Shown here: positions 27,183 to 36,376 of the stretch, in pieces
Position numbering within the stretch: position 1 is the stretch's first letter
How the letters are laid out: every line of letters begins with the position of its first letter
Virus record (IMG/VR): IMGVR_UViG_2918493637_000007
Direction: 5' to 3' (one strand)
DNA length: 64,000 nucleotides
DNA from: a virus
Notes under the pieces: model-generated
What the model was told of the DNA's origin: nothing
What the model saw: only the letters and a program-made list of their open reading frames with translations
The model's database searches: none
Position numbers and translations under genes: made by a program

Positions 27183-27208
27183 CTATAGCGAGCGCAGGTC
27201 GGGGTTTC
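27183..27208 (-). promoter_or_regulatory. Phage-specific promoter-like motif upstream of the Hfq-like/dnaB/primase operon
   Basis: Minus strand GAAACCCCGAC-CTGCGCTCG-CTATAG. Confidence 0.7.
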
Positions 27209-27931
27209 TCAGCGGACGTCGTCGATCCGCGACATCACCACATCGCCCCAGCGCGCCCGGGCCTTCTCCTCCGGGAGCACCTGCTCGTCGTAGATCAGGC
27301 CCTTGAGGGCGTGGACGATGTTGGAGCGCTTCGACACCTGGGCGAGCAGCCACTCGTGGTGCGCGTCCTGGATCGGCGAGGCCTGGTAGCGCTCGTTCTT
27401 GAAGCGCTCGTCCTTGGCCACGTAGAGGATGCCGCTCTGCCGGTCGGTCCAGGTGTCGGACACGGCCGTGAGCAGGTCGAAGTTGTAGAGGTGCGTCGGC
27501 CGCGGCAGGTATTCCTTGCGGCACTTGCGCAGGGACCAGTGCATGGCGATGCCGATGTAGAGGTCGTAGGGCATGCACAGCCCGTCGGCCATCTGGCGCG
27601 CCTTCCACAGTCCGGCCCGGTCGGTGTTGCGCTTGGCCAGGTCGAACGGATCCTCGGCCTTGATCCCCTTCACGTAGTCGGCCTTGGCCCGGTCGAAGGT
27701 CGAGGCATACATCTGCCGGTAGACCCGGCGGTAGGCGTCCGTGAACAGGTAGGTCGCGTGGACCGGGTGCATGAAGCGGTAGTCGAACCACTTCGAGGCC
27801 ATGAGCCAGCGCTCGGGCTCGACCCACTCGTCGGGCAGCGCGTGCATGATGTCGTGGCAGGCCTCGAGGGGGAGGTCCGTCCCGAAGACGTGTCTCTCCC
27901 CCTCCCCTGCCGTGTCCTGTCCCGGTGTCAT
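27209..27931 (-). CDS. Hypothetical phage replication-region protein
   Basis: 240-aa ORF with GC3-rich coding bias, between phoH and dnaB. Confidence 0.75.
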   Translation of the reverse strand: MTPGQDTAGEGERHVFGTDLPLEACHDIMHALPDEWVEPERWLMASKWFDYRFMHPVHATYLFTDAYRRVYRQMYASTFDRAKADYVKGIKAEDPFDLAKRNTDRAGLWKARQMADGLCMPYDLYIGIAMHWSLRKCRKEYLPRPTHLYNFDLLTAVSDTWTDRQSGILYVAKDERFKNERYQASPIQDAHHEWLLAQVSKRSNIVHALKGLIYDEQVLPEEKARARWGDVVMSRIDDVR

Positions 27932-27985
27932 CGTCGACCTTCGCGTGAGCTGCCCGAGGCCGGGCGCGTTGCTGTGCTGCTCACG

Positions 27986-28011
27986 CTATAGTCGCGCAGC
28001 GTCGGGTCTTC
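27986..28011 (-). promoter_or_regulatory. Phage-specific promoter-like motif
   Basis: Minus strand GAAGACCCGAC-GCTGCGCGA-CTATAG. Confidence 0.65.
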
Positions 28012-28015
28012 TGAC

Positions 28016-28858
28016 CTAGACCTCGGCGCCGATGAAGCGCCGCAGGCCGGCGTGGTCGGGCTCGTCGTCGTTGACCGGCTCGACGGCCACGGGCGTCTCG
28101 TAGGCCTCCAGCACGTCCTGGCAGAAGCCCGAGCGCACGACGTCCTCGCGGCCGAACCGGATGATCCCGACGCTGCGCACGCGCTCCAGGCGCGAGACGG
28201 CGTCCATGAGCCCCGACGGGCCCGGGATGTCCTTCTGGGCCGGGTCGCCGTTGACCACCACGCGGGTGTTCTCGCCGATGCGGGTGAGGAACATCTTCAT
28301 CTGGCCGGGCGTGGTGTTCTGCGCCTCGTCGAGCAGCACGTCGGCGTCCTTGAGCGTGGAGCCGCGCAGCAGCGCCAGCGGGCGCGCCTCGATCCGCCCT
28401 TCCTTGATGAGGTATTCGGTGAAGCCCTTGCCCAGGACGTCCTCGAACGCCTCGCGCACCGGCCGGAAGTAGGGCTCGAACTTCTCGTCCAGCTCGCCGG
28501 GCAGGAAGCCGAGGCTCTCGCCGGCCTCGACCGCGGGCCGGGTGATGACCACCCGCTCGATCTCGCCGTCGCGCAGGCGCTCGGCCATGCGGGCGGCGGC
28601 GAACCAGGTCTTGCCGGTGCCGGCCGAGCCCAGGGCGATCGTGAGCGTGTTGGAGCTCATCGAGACGTCGAAGCGCGCCTGGGCGGCGTTGAGCGGCTTT
28701 ACGGGCGCCTGCCGGGGCTTGGCCGGCGCCTGCGGGCGCCGGTTCTCGGCGACGAGTTGAAGGAGCGGACCGTGCTGAGTGCCCTTCCCCTGACGCTTGG
28801 CGTCGCGGCGCTGCTTACGGCGGATCGCCTTCTCGGCGGTGTTGGTCGCGGTGCTCAT
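28016..28858 (-). CDS. phoH: PhoH-family ATPase
   Basis: ATG at 28858; LGSAGTGKT, ITRPAVEAGESLGFLPG, LRGSTL, DEAQN, GDPAQKD, EDVVRS. Confidence 0.93.
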   Translation of the reverse strand: MSTATNTAEKAIRRKQRRDAKRQGKGTQHGPLLQLVAENRRPQAPAKPRQAPVKPLNAAQARFDVSMSSNTLTIALGSAGTGKTWFAAARMAERLRDGEIERVVITRPAVEAGESLGFLPGELDEKFEPYFRPVREAFEDVLGKGFTEYLIKEGRIEARPLALLRGSTLKDADVLLDEAQNTTPGQMKMFLTRIGENTRVVVNGDPAQKDIPGPSGLMDAVSRLERVRSVGIIRFGREDVVRSGFCQDVLEAYETPVAVEPVNDDEPDHAGLRRFIGAEV

Positions 28859-28933
28859 GTCGACTCCAGGGTCGGTGGGGAAAGAGAGCGAGCGCACATA
28901 AGTAAGCACTGACTTACTTCAGGACGCAAGCGG

Positions 28934-29134
28934 TCATTCGGCCAGGAGCGCGATCTCCTGGGTGGCCGTCAGTGCGAGCGTCTGCCCGGGCAGGACCCGC
29001 AGCTCGGAGTCGAAGCCGTGGATGATGAGCAGGCCGCCGTCGGTGCTCCGGGCGTAGTTGCGGAACACGAGCCAGGCCGGCCACGCCGACGGGGGCTGCC
29101 CCGTGTAGCGGAAGCTGTCGATGATCCGGCGCAT
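28934..29134 (-). CDS. Hypothetical protein
   Basis: 66-aa ORF overlapping the upstream stop. Confidence 0.5.
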   Translation of the reverse strand: MRRIIDSFRYTGQPPSAWPAWLVFRNYARSTDGGLLIIHGFDSELRVLPGQTLALTATQEIALLAE

Positions 29135-29730
29135 CAGACGATCTTCGCCGCGTCGTCGAACAGGACCTGGAGCTGGGTGGCGTCCATCCCGAGCTCCTGG
29201 CCGATCGCCTGCACGTAGGGGTTGGCGATCTCCCAGTCGTTGGCCCGCTGGAAGAAGATCTTCACCGGCGGGTAGGGGTGGTTGAGCGCGATGCTCTCGA
29301 CCAGGGGCAGCAGCCCGCGGTTGAACAGCGCCGTCACCGCCTGGGCGGCCGAGACCTTCGTGACGGGCGGCTTGGGCGGATCGACGAACTCGCCGGTCGC
29401 CAGGTTGCAGACCTTGTTGGCGAACAGGCCGTCCACGTCGACGATGTCGAGGTCGACGCCGCTGATCTCGACCACGCGCCCGTTGCCCGGGAACATCGCG
29501 TGCTCGTCGCGCACCGCGGACAGCACCATGTCGCCGGCCGGCGTCGGCACCAGGATCGCCCGGACCGTGCCCTCGGTCCAGTTCTCGGCCTTCCGCGAGA
29601 AGCTATACCAGTCGAGGCCATCGCTGATGCGGCGGCTGAACAGGGTGCCGGGCGGCACGAACATGCCATCCGGCGGCTCGGTCGGCTGGTAGATCTCGAA
29701 CGCGCCGTGGTCGATGACTGAGTAGGACAT
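29134..29730 (-). CDS. Tail fibre assembly/chaperone-like protein
   Basis: Directly downstream of the tail fibre; DGLDWY and C-terminal LDxLFxxAAxI-type pattern. Confidence 0.65.
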   Translation of the reverse strand: MSYSVIDHGAFEIYQPTEPPDGMFVPPGTLFSRRISDGLDWYSFSRKAENWTEGTVRAILVPTPAGDMVLSAVRDEHAMFPGNGRVVEISGVDLDIVDVDGLFANKVCNLATGEFVDPPKPPVTKVSAAQAVTALFNRGLLPLVESIALNHPYPPVKIFFQRANDWEIANPYVQAIGQELGMDATQLQVLFDDAAKIV

Positions 29731-29744
29731 GCTTCTTCTCGGGA

Positions 29745-32063
29745 TCAGTTGATGTAGGCGACCGTGACCCAGTTCTGGTCCGGGTCCGTGACCTGGACGT
29801 AGCGCCAGCGGGCGTTGCTCAGCAGCTTCCAGGAGTTGTCGGCGGCGAGACCCGTGACCACGGCGCCGGCGAAGGGCTCGTAGATCGTGCCGTTGGCGTT
29901 GCCGGTGGCGTTAAGCAGGTCGACCGCGGTCTTGTCGCCGGCCTTCACGAGACGGACGTTCTTGATCGAGTTGTAGTAGCGGGCCCAGGCGGTCGCCCGG
30001 TCCTCGATGCGGGAGTTCAGGCCACCCGACGCCGGGCCTGTGCCGAACTGCTTCGAGCCGAAGTCGCCGCCCTGCCCGATCCAGAAGATGACCGAGTCGT
30101 CGGCCGCGCTGCGCCAGTAGAGGTAGCCGTCGGCCTCGAGGCGCCAGTAACCCTGGAAGCCGGCCGTGTAGCCGAAGGTGATCCGCGGGTTCACCTTGGC
30201 CAGCGTGATGTCGCCGGTGAGCTGGCCGCCGACCTTGTCGAACTTGCCCGAGATGTCCGGGCCGGCGTTGCGCAGCGCGCTCGCGAAGTCGCCGATCGCC
30301 GACGACCACACCGAGCCGTCCTTGCCCACGCGGAACACGTCGGCACCCATGAAGAGACCGAACACGTTGGCGTTCTGGTAGAGCGTCGCGGCCGTGCCGC
30401 CGGCCCGGTCGTCGAGCTGGAGCGCCGCCGCGGCGCCCGTGGCGCGCAGGAGCGGGCTCAGGACTGTGCCCGGAGCCGTGAACGAGCCGTCGGCGCCGAA
30501 CACCGAGTAGCGGTAGGCGTTGGCCGCGCCCGTGCGCACGACCAGGTTTTCGGTGCCCGCGTCCGTGTAGAGGTAGGTCTGCCGGCCCGAGAACTGGAGC
30601 GAGGCGAAGTTGACGCCCGCGCCGAGGCTCGCCTTGGCGTTCGGGTCGAAGTTCCCGTTGTCCCACGGCGTCAGGTTCGCCCAGCTCGGGCGCGCGGAGA
30701 CGGCGAGCGAGGCGAAGCTCGCCGCGCCACCCAGGGTCGCCTTGGTGCCCGGGTCGAAGTTCCCGGCGTGCCACACAGCCTTCCCGCCCACAGCCACGGA
30801 CGCGAAGCTCGCGTCGCCGCCGAGCGTCGCCTTGCTCGAGGGGTCGAAGTTGCCGCTGTCCCACGGGGTCAGACCGCCCCAGCTCGGGCGGTTCTGGACC
30901 GAGAGCGAGCCGAAAGAGCCGGCGCCGGCCACCGTGACCTTGGGCGCCGTCACCTCGCCGGTGAAGGCCGGGCTCGCCAGGTTCGCCTTGGTCGAGGGGT
31001 CGAAGTTCCCCGCGTGCCAGACCGCGCTGGTGCCGACCTTCAGGGCCGCGAACGTGCCGGTCCCCGAGGCCGACAGGTCGGCGACCGAGGTCGCGCCCGA
31101 GACCGTGAGCGCCGAGAAGCTGACGTTGGAGTTCAGGCTCGCCTTGGTGGACGGATCGAAGTTGCCCGCGTGCCAGACAGCCTTGTTGCCGACCGTGAGC
31201 GCGTCGAAGGCGCCGGACGCCGAGGAGACCGACGGCGCGCTGATCGCGCCTGTGAAGGCGGCCCCGCCCAGCCCGGCCTTCGCGGTCGGGTCGAAGTTGC
31301 CGGCGTCCCAGACGGCCTTTCCGTTGACGGTAGGCCGGGTGCCGAAGTCGGTCGCGCCCGTGACGTTGCCGCCGGCCTTGTCGAACTTGCCGGCCAGCGC
31401 GGTCGCCATGTCCGAGCGGATCGCCGTGTCGGCCGCGGCGAAGTCGGTGCGCACGCTGTCGAGCGCGGCCTGGAGCCCGGACACATCGGCGACCGCGATG
31501 GCGAGCGCCGTCTTCAGGGCCGCGGCCGTGATCGCCCCCTTGAGCCCAGCCACCGAGAGCACGGCGTCGGTCGGCGTCAGCAGCTCCTTCCAGTTGGCGA
31601 GCGTCGTCGCCGGCTCGACCTTCAGGATGAAGCACTTGTTGAGGTCGGAGCGGATCGCGATGTCGCCGCGCTCGGCCGTGAGCGCGAGCATCTCGGCCTC
31701 GGACGCCACCGGGAACGTGTCGGTGATCGCGACAGCCGGGATGATCGAGGCGTCGAGCTTCGAGTTGGCGTCGAGCACCGGCACCTGGCCGGCACCCGTG
31801 CCGGCGGCGAGACGCGCGGCCGTGCCCAGCTCGGCCTCGATGGCAGCCTTGGCCGCAGCCGTGTCGCCGGCAGCGGTGTCGCTGATCGCCTGGAGCTTGC
31901 CGGCCAGGTCGGTGATGTCGGCCGTGACCAGGACCGTGCGCAGGTAGGCCAGGATCTGGCCCACGCTGATCTGCACGTCCCGGCCGCTCTGGACCGCGGC
32001 CCAGAAGTCCGCCGAGCCCAGGGCGGTTGCCTGCGGCTCCTCACTCGCCTTGCGGTTTGCCAC
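29745..32063 (-). CDS. Tail fibre / receptor-binding protein
   Basis: 772 aa, Gly/Ala/Ser-rich; six VW(H/D)xGNFDP repeats; TVASEAEMLAL...GDIAIRSD fibre motif. Confidence 0.85.
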   Translation of the reverse strand: MANRKASEEPQATALGSADFWAAVQSGRDVQISVGQILAYLRTVLVTADITDLAGKLQAISDTAAGDTAAAKAAIEAELGTAARLAAGTGAGQVPVLDANSKLDASIIPAVAITDTFPVASEAEMLALTAERGDIAIRSDLNKCFILKVEPATTLANWKELLTPTDAVLSVAGLKGAITAAALKTALAIAVADVSGLQAALDSVRTDFAAADTAIRSDMATALAGKFDKAGGNVTGATDFGTRPTVNGKAVWDAGNFDPTAKAGLGGAAFTGAISAPSVSSASGAFDALTVGNKAVWHAGNFDPSTKASLNSNVSFSALTVSGATSVADLSASGTGTFAALKVGTSAVWHAGNFDPSTKANLASPAFTGEVTAPKVTVAGAGSFGSLSVQNRPSWGGLTPWDSGNFDPSSKATLGGDASFASVAVGGKAVWHAGNFDPGTKATLGGAASFASLAVSARPSWANLTPWDNGNFDPNAKASLGAGVNFASLQFSGRQTYLYTDAGTENLVVRTGAANAYRYSVFGADGSFTAPGTVLSPLLRATGAAAALQLDDRAGGTAATLYQNANVFGLFMGADVFRVGKDGSVWSSAIGDFASALRNAGPDISGKFDKVGGQLTGDITLAKVNPRITFGYTAGFQGYWRLEADGYLYWRSAADDSVIFWIGQGGDFGSKQFGTGPASGGLNSRIEDRATAWARYYNSIKNVRLVKAGDKTAVDLLNATGNANGTIYEPFAGAVVTGLAADNSWKLLSNARWRYVQVTDPDQNWVTVAYIN
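30630..31330 (-). repeat. Six (V/P)W(H/D)xGNFDPxxKA peptide repeats in the tail fibre
   Basis: Recurrent + strand gggtcgaagtt(g/c)cc units. Confidence 0.85.
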
Positions 32064-32085
32064 CGTTCGATCCTCTGCCTGGAGC

Positions 32086-32967
32086 CTAGTTGCTGTCGTC
32101 GTTCTCGACCTGCTGAAGGTCGCCAGCCTCGGTCAGGCGGATGTCGCCGTCCTCGGTGAGCCTGTAGGTCGCCAGTGCGCCGAGCTGACCGGTGACGGTC
32201 GCCTTGCCGGCGGCCTTGCCCTTCAGCGCCTTCGCGATGATCTCGTGGCCCGTCAGGCGGCCCGCGCCCGCGGGGTGGCCGCCCAGAACCTTCGCCACCC
32301 GCAGCGCGCCAGCGGGGCTCGTAGAGCCGTGCGTCGCGCCCGCGAGGGGCTTGCCCACTGCCAGGGCGCCGGCGGCCGTGCTGGAGCCGCGCAGCGTGCC
32401 CTTGAGCGCCGTATCGGTGCGCAGCTCGCCCGAGGCCGCACCCGTGCCGACGATCGTGCCGGCGAGGAGCTGCTCGACCAGAAGCCGGCCCGTCGCGGAG
32501 CCGGTGCCCTGGGCGGTCTCGCCCGCGAGCAGCCGCCCGATGCTGGGCGCGCCGGCCGCCTGGCTCTTGCCGGCGCTCGTGGCGCTGAGCGGCTTGCCGA
32601 TGTGGAGCGTCCCCTCCCCGCTCGACCGGCTCGAAGCCCAGCCGACCAGGCGCTTGCCGACGACGAGGGAGCCGGCGACGCTCGTGCGCCCCGCGGCCTG
32701 CCCGTGCATGTCGTCGCTGAGCGAGGAGCGCAGCCGGCCGGTGATCGTGCTGCGGCCCGAGGCGGTCCCGTGCAGCGGCGCGATGGTCAAGAGGTTCGCC
32801 CGGATGCTCGTGCGGCCGGCGGCGACGCCCGCGAGGTTGTCGGCCCGGCTGGTGATCGAGAGGCGGCCGGTGAGGCTCGCCCGGCCCAGCGCGGACCCGG
32901 ACAGCGCAAAGCGGTCGCCACCGTAGTAGCGACGGCTTGCGGCAGCCGTGTAGGCGCTGGGGAGCAC
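32086..32967 (-). CDS. Virion-associated Gly/Ala/Ser/Thr repeat protein
   Basis: Repeated L.G...G.....G.L units; C-terminal YRLTEDGDIRLTEAGD. Confidence 0.65.
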   Translation of the reverse strand: MLPSAYTAAASRRYYGGDRFALSGSALGRASLTGRLSITSRADNLAGVAAGRTSIRANLLTIAPLHGTASGRSTITGRLRSSLSDDMHGQAAGRTSVAGSLVVGKRLVGWASSRSSGEGTLHIGKPLSATSAGKSQAAGAPSIGRLLAGETAQGTGSATGRLLVEQLLAGTIVGTGAASGELRTDTALKGTLRGSSTAAGALAVGKPLAGATHGSTSPAGALRVAKVLGGHPAGAGRLTGHEIIAKALKGKAAGKATVTGQLGALATYRLTEDGDIRLTEAGDLQQVENDDSN

Positions 32968-32979
32968 GAGCCGGAGACC

Positions 32980-33375
32980 TTAGTCTTCGGTGATGGCGAG
33001 GGCGCCGACCGGGAAGCTCACCGGGTTGCCGGGGTTGATCGTCTGCTTGCCGCCGGTCAGCGGGGCCGACTCCAGCATGGTGCCGCCGGCCGCGGCCGAG
33101 AACACGGCGAAGTGGGTCACATCGGTGCCGCCCGCGGCGTTGCCGAAGTCCACGATGGCCGAGTTGGAGATGGTCTTGTTGGCCGGCTCGCCGAACGGCG
33201 CGGCGACGCGCCCGTCGGGACGAACCGCGGTCGTGACCTCCTGGCCGCCGGTGCCGGCGTCGGTCGGGTCGCCGTTGAACAGGGCGATGAACAGGCCAGC
33301 GGGCGGGGCCGGGAAGGCGGTGCCGCGCAGCCAGTTGAGGAGGGCGTTCTCGAGGTAGGTGCTCTTGCCGGCCAT
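32980..33375 (-). CDS. Phage tail-fibre-associated structural protein
   Basis: STYLENALLNWL...LFIALFNGDPTDAGTGGQEV, a conserved tail protein pattern. Confidence 0.75.
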   Translation of the reverse strand: MAGKSTYLENALLNWLRGTAFPAPPAGLFIALFNGDPTDAGTGGQEVTTAVRPDGRVAAPFGEPANKTISNSAIVDFGNAAGGTDVTHFAVFSAAAGGTMLESAPLTGGKQTINPGNPVSFPVGALAITED

Positions 33376-33492
33376 TCGGGGCTCCTGTGGCCGGGCAGAG
33401 CCGGCATCGGTAAGTCAGTGGTGACTTATCATAGCCGAGGAGGAGCCGGCGATCCAGAGGCTCGGGAGCGCTTCCTACCCCGGATGCCCAAC

Positions 33493-33558
33493 GCCATCGC
33501 CCTGTATGTAGATAATCAGTAGTAGTCTAATACTAATATCTAAATACAGGCCGATGGC
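33493..33558. repeat. Inverted-repeat element with AT-rich core, copy 1
   Basis: GCCATCGCCCTGTATGTAGATA...TATCTAAATACAGGCCGATGGC (22-bp arms, 2 mismatches). Confidence 0.85.
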
Positions 33559-33573
33559 ACCGGGAAGTCTTGG

Positions 33574-33882
33574 CTACCGGGCATAATCCCGGCGCACGGC
33601 GTTGATCCAGTCCACGGCGCGCTGACCGCAAGCGGTCTTGGCCCGGTCGAGGACCTTCGCCTCCCCGATGATCCGCACCACGTCGGCCTTGGAGAGGGCC
33701 CGGTCCGGGATGTCGGGGAAGGCCCGCGCGAGGCAGCCCTGGACGCCGTCGGGCGCCGCGGGCAGCGTCACGCGGATGCTGGTCCCGGTGAGCGGGGCCG
33801 GCGCGTTAGAGGTTACGCAGGCGCCGAGCGACGTCGCCATCAACGCACTCGCGATCACGGTCCTTGTCCTTGGCCAGAACAT
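33574..33882 (-). CDS. Outer-membrane spanin (Rz1-like lipoprotein)
   Basis: Signal peptide with lipobox SLGAC; Pro-rich; overlaps the i-spanin 3' end. Confidence 0.75.
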   Translation of the reverse strand: MFWPRTRTVIASALMATSLGACVTSNAPAPLTGTSIRVTLPAAPDGVQGCLARAFPDIPDRALSKADVVRIIGEAKVLDRAKTACGQRAVDWINAVRRDYAR

Positions 33883-34246
33883 CGTTCAGCTCCTTCAGCT
33901 TGGCGTTGTCCGCCTTCTCGGCGGCGAGGTCCTTCGCGGCCTGCGCCGCCTGCTGCTTGTTCTGGGCCTCCGCGAGGTCGGCCCGCTTGGTCTCGGCGTC
34001 GAGCGCGCGGCTGGCCTCCTGCTCGAAGGCGAGGTGCGCACCCTTCGCCTGCCCGGCCTGGTAGAGGGCGCCGCCCACGATCAGGCAGATGCCGGCGATG
34101 ATGAGCGGCTGCTTGATGAAGCTCGGCAGGAAGGTCGTGCCGAACACCGCGAGCGCGATGAGCGCGATCCCCGCGATGCCCGAGAGCGTCGCGAGGATCG
34201 AGAAGGCGGTCCAGCCGTTGGCGAGGGTGAGGAGCAGACTGCTCAT
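33806..34246 (-). CDS. Inner-membrane spanin (Rz-like)
   Basis: ATG at 34246; N-terminal TM segments then coiled coil; follows the endolysin. Confidence 0.75.
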   Translation of the reverse strand: MSSLLLTLANGWTAFSILATLSGIAGIALIALAVFGTTFLPSFIKQPLIIAGICLIVGGALYQAGQAKGAHLAFEQEASRALDAETKRADLAEAQNKQQAAQAAKDLAAEKADNAKLKELNDVLAKDKDRDRECVDGDVARRLRNL

Positions 34247-34707
34247 TTCACCCCCTCGAGGCAGAGGTTCTTCTCGCGCGTGCGCCGCCCGATCAGCTCC
34301 TTCTGCTTCGTCCACGCCATCATGGCGTTGCAGGCTTCGACCTTGCGGCCCTGGTTGTAGAGCCGGACGGTGGTCGACTTGCAGAAGCCGGCCTGCCCGA
34401 TGTTGTAGGCGAACGAGACGAAGGCGATCTCCGTCTTGTCCGTCATCGGCTGCTTGACGCAGCTCTCGACCTTGTTGGCGAACTCGTCGATCCGCTTGAG
34501 CAGCAGCGCGTCGCACTGCGCCTTGGTGTAGGTCGCGCCCCACACGGCACCCTTGGTCTCACCGTAGCAGTAGGTGTTGACCCCGACCGTGTCCTTGTAG
34601 GTCCGCAGCCGCAGACCCTCCTCGGTGCCCACCTGGCTGATCGCCGCGACCCCGAGGGCCGTGGCGACCAGACCACCGAGCACGGTGCGCTTCGTCAGGC
34701 GGCTCAC
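34243..34707 (-). CDS. Endolysin, GH24 lysozyme, probable SAR type
   Basis: N-terminal weakly hydrophobic segment, then EEGLRLRTYKDTVGVNT (E-x8-D-x5-T triad), FVSFAYNIG, RRTREKNLC. Confidence 0.92.
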   Translation of the reverse strand: MSRLTKRTVLGGLVATALGVAAISQVGTEEGLRLRTYKDTVGVNTYCYGETKGAVWGATYTKAQCDALLLKRIDEFANKVESCVKQPMTDKTEIAFVSFAYNIGQAGFCKSTTVRLYNQGRKVEACNAMMAWTKQKELIGRRTREKNLCLEGVK

Positions 34708-35009
34708 TGCTCGCCGCCCGAGACCGAGGACGGGGTGATCCCGTCCTGCGTCACGAGGCGCGAGTAGCCGGCGGCCGCGCTGACCAGGATGTAGAGGGCG
34801 ACGAAGACCTTGTTGTCGATCGGCGGGTTCTCGAGGAGCGCCTGCATGCCGAGCTGGACGGCCGCGAGCAGCGACGCGAGCAGCGAGAACCGGACGCTCC
34901 AGGTCTTCTTGATGAGGTTCACCCAGTCGTCGCGGAGCTGGACGGCGAGCGGGACCTTGGCGAACTGGGCCTTGAGCCAGGACCAGACGGCGGACGGGGA
35001 CAGGGACAT
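34704..35009 (-). CDS. Holin (two TM segments)
   Basis: ATG at 35009 with GAGGA RBS; KKTWSVRFSLLASLLAAV...VFVALYILVSAAAGYSRLV; adjacent to the endolysin. Confidence 0.7.
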   Translation of the reverse strand: MSLSPSAVWSWLKAQFAKVPLAVQLRDDWVNLIKKTWSVRFSLLASLLAAVQLGMQALLENPPIDNKVFVALYILVSAAAGYSRLVTQDGITPSSVSGGEQ

Positions 35010-35055
35010 AGCTTCCTCTCTCATGTGATAAGTCAGTGCTGACTGACTATCCGGG

Positions 35056-35403
35056 TCAATGGACCCAGGTCTTGACCATGCCGGTGACGCCCGTGACGGT
35101 GGCGAGCAGCCAGCCGATGAGCCCACCCAGGCCCAGGATCGCGGCAGCGCCGGCGCGGTAATTCGAGATCATCTTCTTGAGAGCCTCGATCTCGACCTTC
35201 GCCGTGGTCAGCTCGGTCTTGGTCGAGGCCAGCTCGTTCTTGGTCTGCTGGAGCTCGAAGGAGGTGGCCTGGAGCTGCTCCTTGACCTTGGTCAGCTCCC
35301 GGCTCGTCTCCTTCAGCTCGTCGCGTGCCTCCGTCACCTTCTCGGTGAGGACTTCTATCTTGGCGATCAGCACGGCTAGCCCGCTGTCAGGGATTTCAGG
35401 CAT
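35056..35403 (-). CDS. Coiled-coil protein with C-terminal TM segment (lysis-associated)
   Basis: Heptad repeats then AGAAAILGLGGLIGWLL. Confidence 0.65.
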   Translation of the reverse strand: MPEIPDSGLAVLIAKIEVLTEKVTEARDELKETSRELTKVKEQLQATSFELQQTKNELASTKTELTTAKVEIEALKKMISNYRAGAAAILGLGGLIGWLLATVTGVTGMVKTWVH

Positions 35404-35482
35404 TGCGAGATCTCCCGAACGGGGTGAGTAAGCAGTGACTTATTATGCCCGAAGCGCCCCGTTCTGAACACCCCTCCCCCGG

Positions 35483-35842
35483 TTATGAGGCGAAGGCCAT
35501 TCCGTGTCGGGCGAGCAGCCGAACGATGGCAGCGTGGCTTTCGCACTGCTCGATCTCGACGTTGAGGGCGATCCGCTGGAGCTCCAGGGCGTCACCGGCA
35601 CCGTTCGCGCGGTCGAGGATGGACTGGGCGAGGGTCGCCGAGTCGATGCGCCGCAGTCGAGCCTCCTGTTCGATCAGTGGCGAGGACCCGCCCTCAACGA
35701 CCAAGCGCGCCTGCTCGGCCTTGCGGACATACATGGCGCGCCGGCCAGCCGGCACGTCCTGATGCGCGAGCCCCTCGTAGTGGGCGGCGACGATGGCCTT
35801 GGCGCGCTCGCGCGCGTCCGGGAGGGCGGGTCCGTGGATCAT
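35483..35842 (-). CDS. Hypothetical tail-associated protein
   Basis: 119-aa ORF in the tail module. Confidence 0.65.
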   Translation of the reverse strand: MIHGPALPDARERAKAIVAAHYEGLAHQDVPAGRRAMYVRKAEQARLVVEGGSSPLIEQEARLRRIDSATLAQSILDRANGAGDALELQRIALNVEIEQCESHAAIVRLLARHGMAFAS

Positions 35843-35845
35843 GGC

Positions 35846-36328
35846 TTACTCCGTGACGTCGACGAAGCGGACGAATGGCAGGATCGGGAAGGTGTCGCTG
35901 ACGATCACCGCATAGCGACCCACGACCCGCGCGGTGAGGACGTAATCGCCGCCTGCGAAGGTGCTGCCGTAGTCGAAATCGGAGTAGTCGGCCGTCCGAT
36001 AGGTGGCGAACCCTGGCGGCACATCACGAAGGGTCGCCGTCTCCCCGCGCTTCAGCGTCTCGGGCTCGAACTGACCGTCGTAGGTCGGGCGATCGACGAG
36101 AACGGGCTCAGGGCCCGACAGGTCGACCATCTGCGAAACCTCGTTGTTGGGGAAGTAGCCCGAAACAGGGATGTGCTTGGGCACTCCGATCCCAACGAGC
36201 ATGCCGCTCGCAACCATCTCATCGTATTGAGAGCGTAGCGTGCTGCCGGTCGCGTGGATCTTGCCGGTGAGATCGTAGGTGTAATAGCTCACATAATCAT
36301 TCGGACTGGTCATTTCAGGATCATCCAC
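35846..36328 (-). CDS. Tail-associated protein, paralogue of 36377-36823
   Basis: VDLSGPEPVLVDRP...GETATLRDVP. Confidence 0.7.
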   Translation of the reverse strand: MDDPEMTSPNDYVSYYTYDLTGKIHATGSTLRSQYDEMVASGMLVGIGVPKHIPVSGYFPNNEVSQMVDLSGPEPVLVDRPTYDGQFEPETLKRGETATLRDVPPGFATYRTADYSDFDYGSTFAGGDYVLTARVVGRYAVIVSDTFPILPFVRFVDVTE

Positions 36329-36376
36329 TTCTCGAATACGGCGCCCACAGCGGGCGACGCCTGGTTGCCGCCGGCT

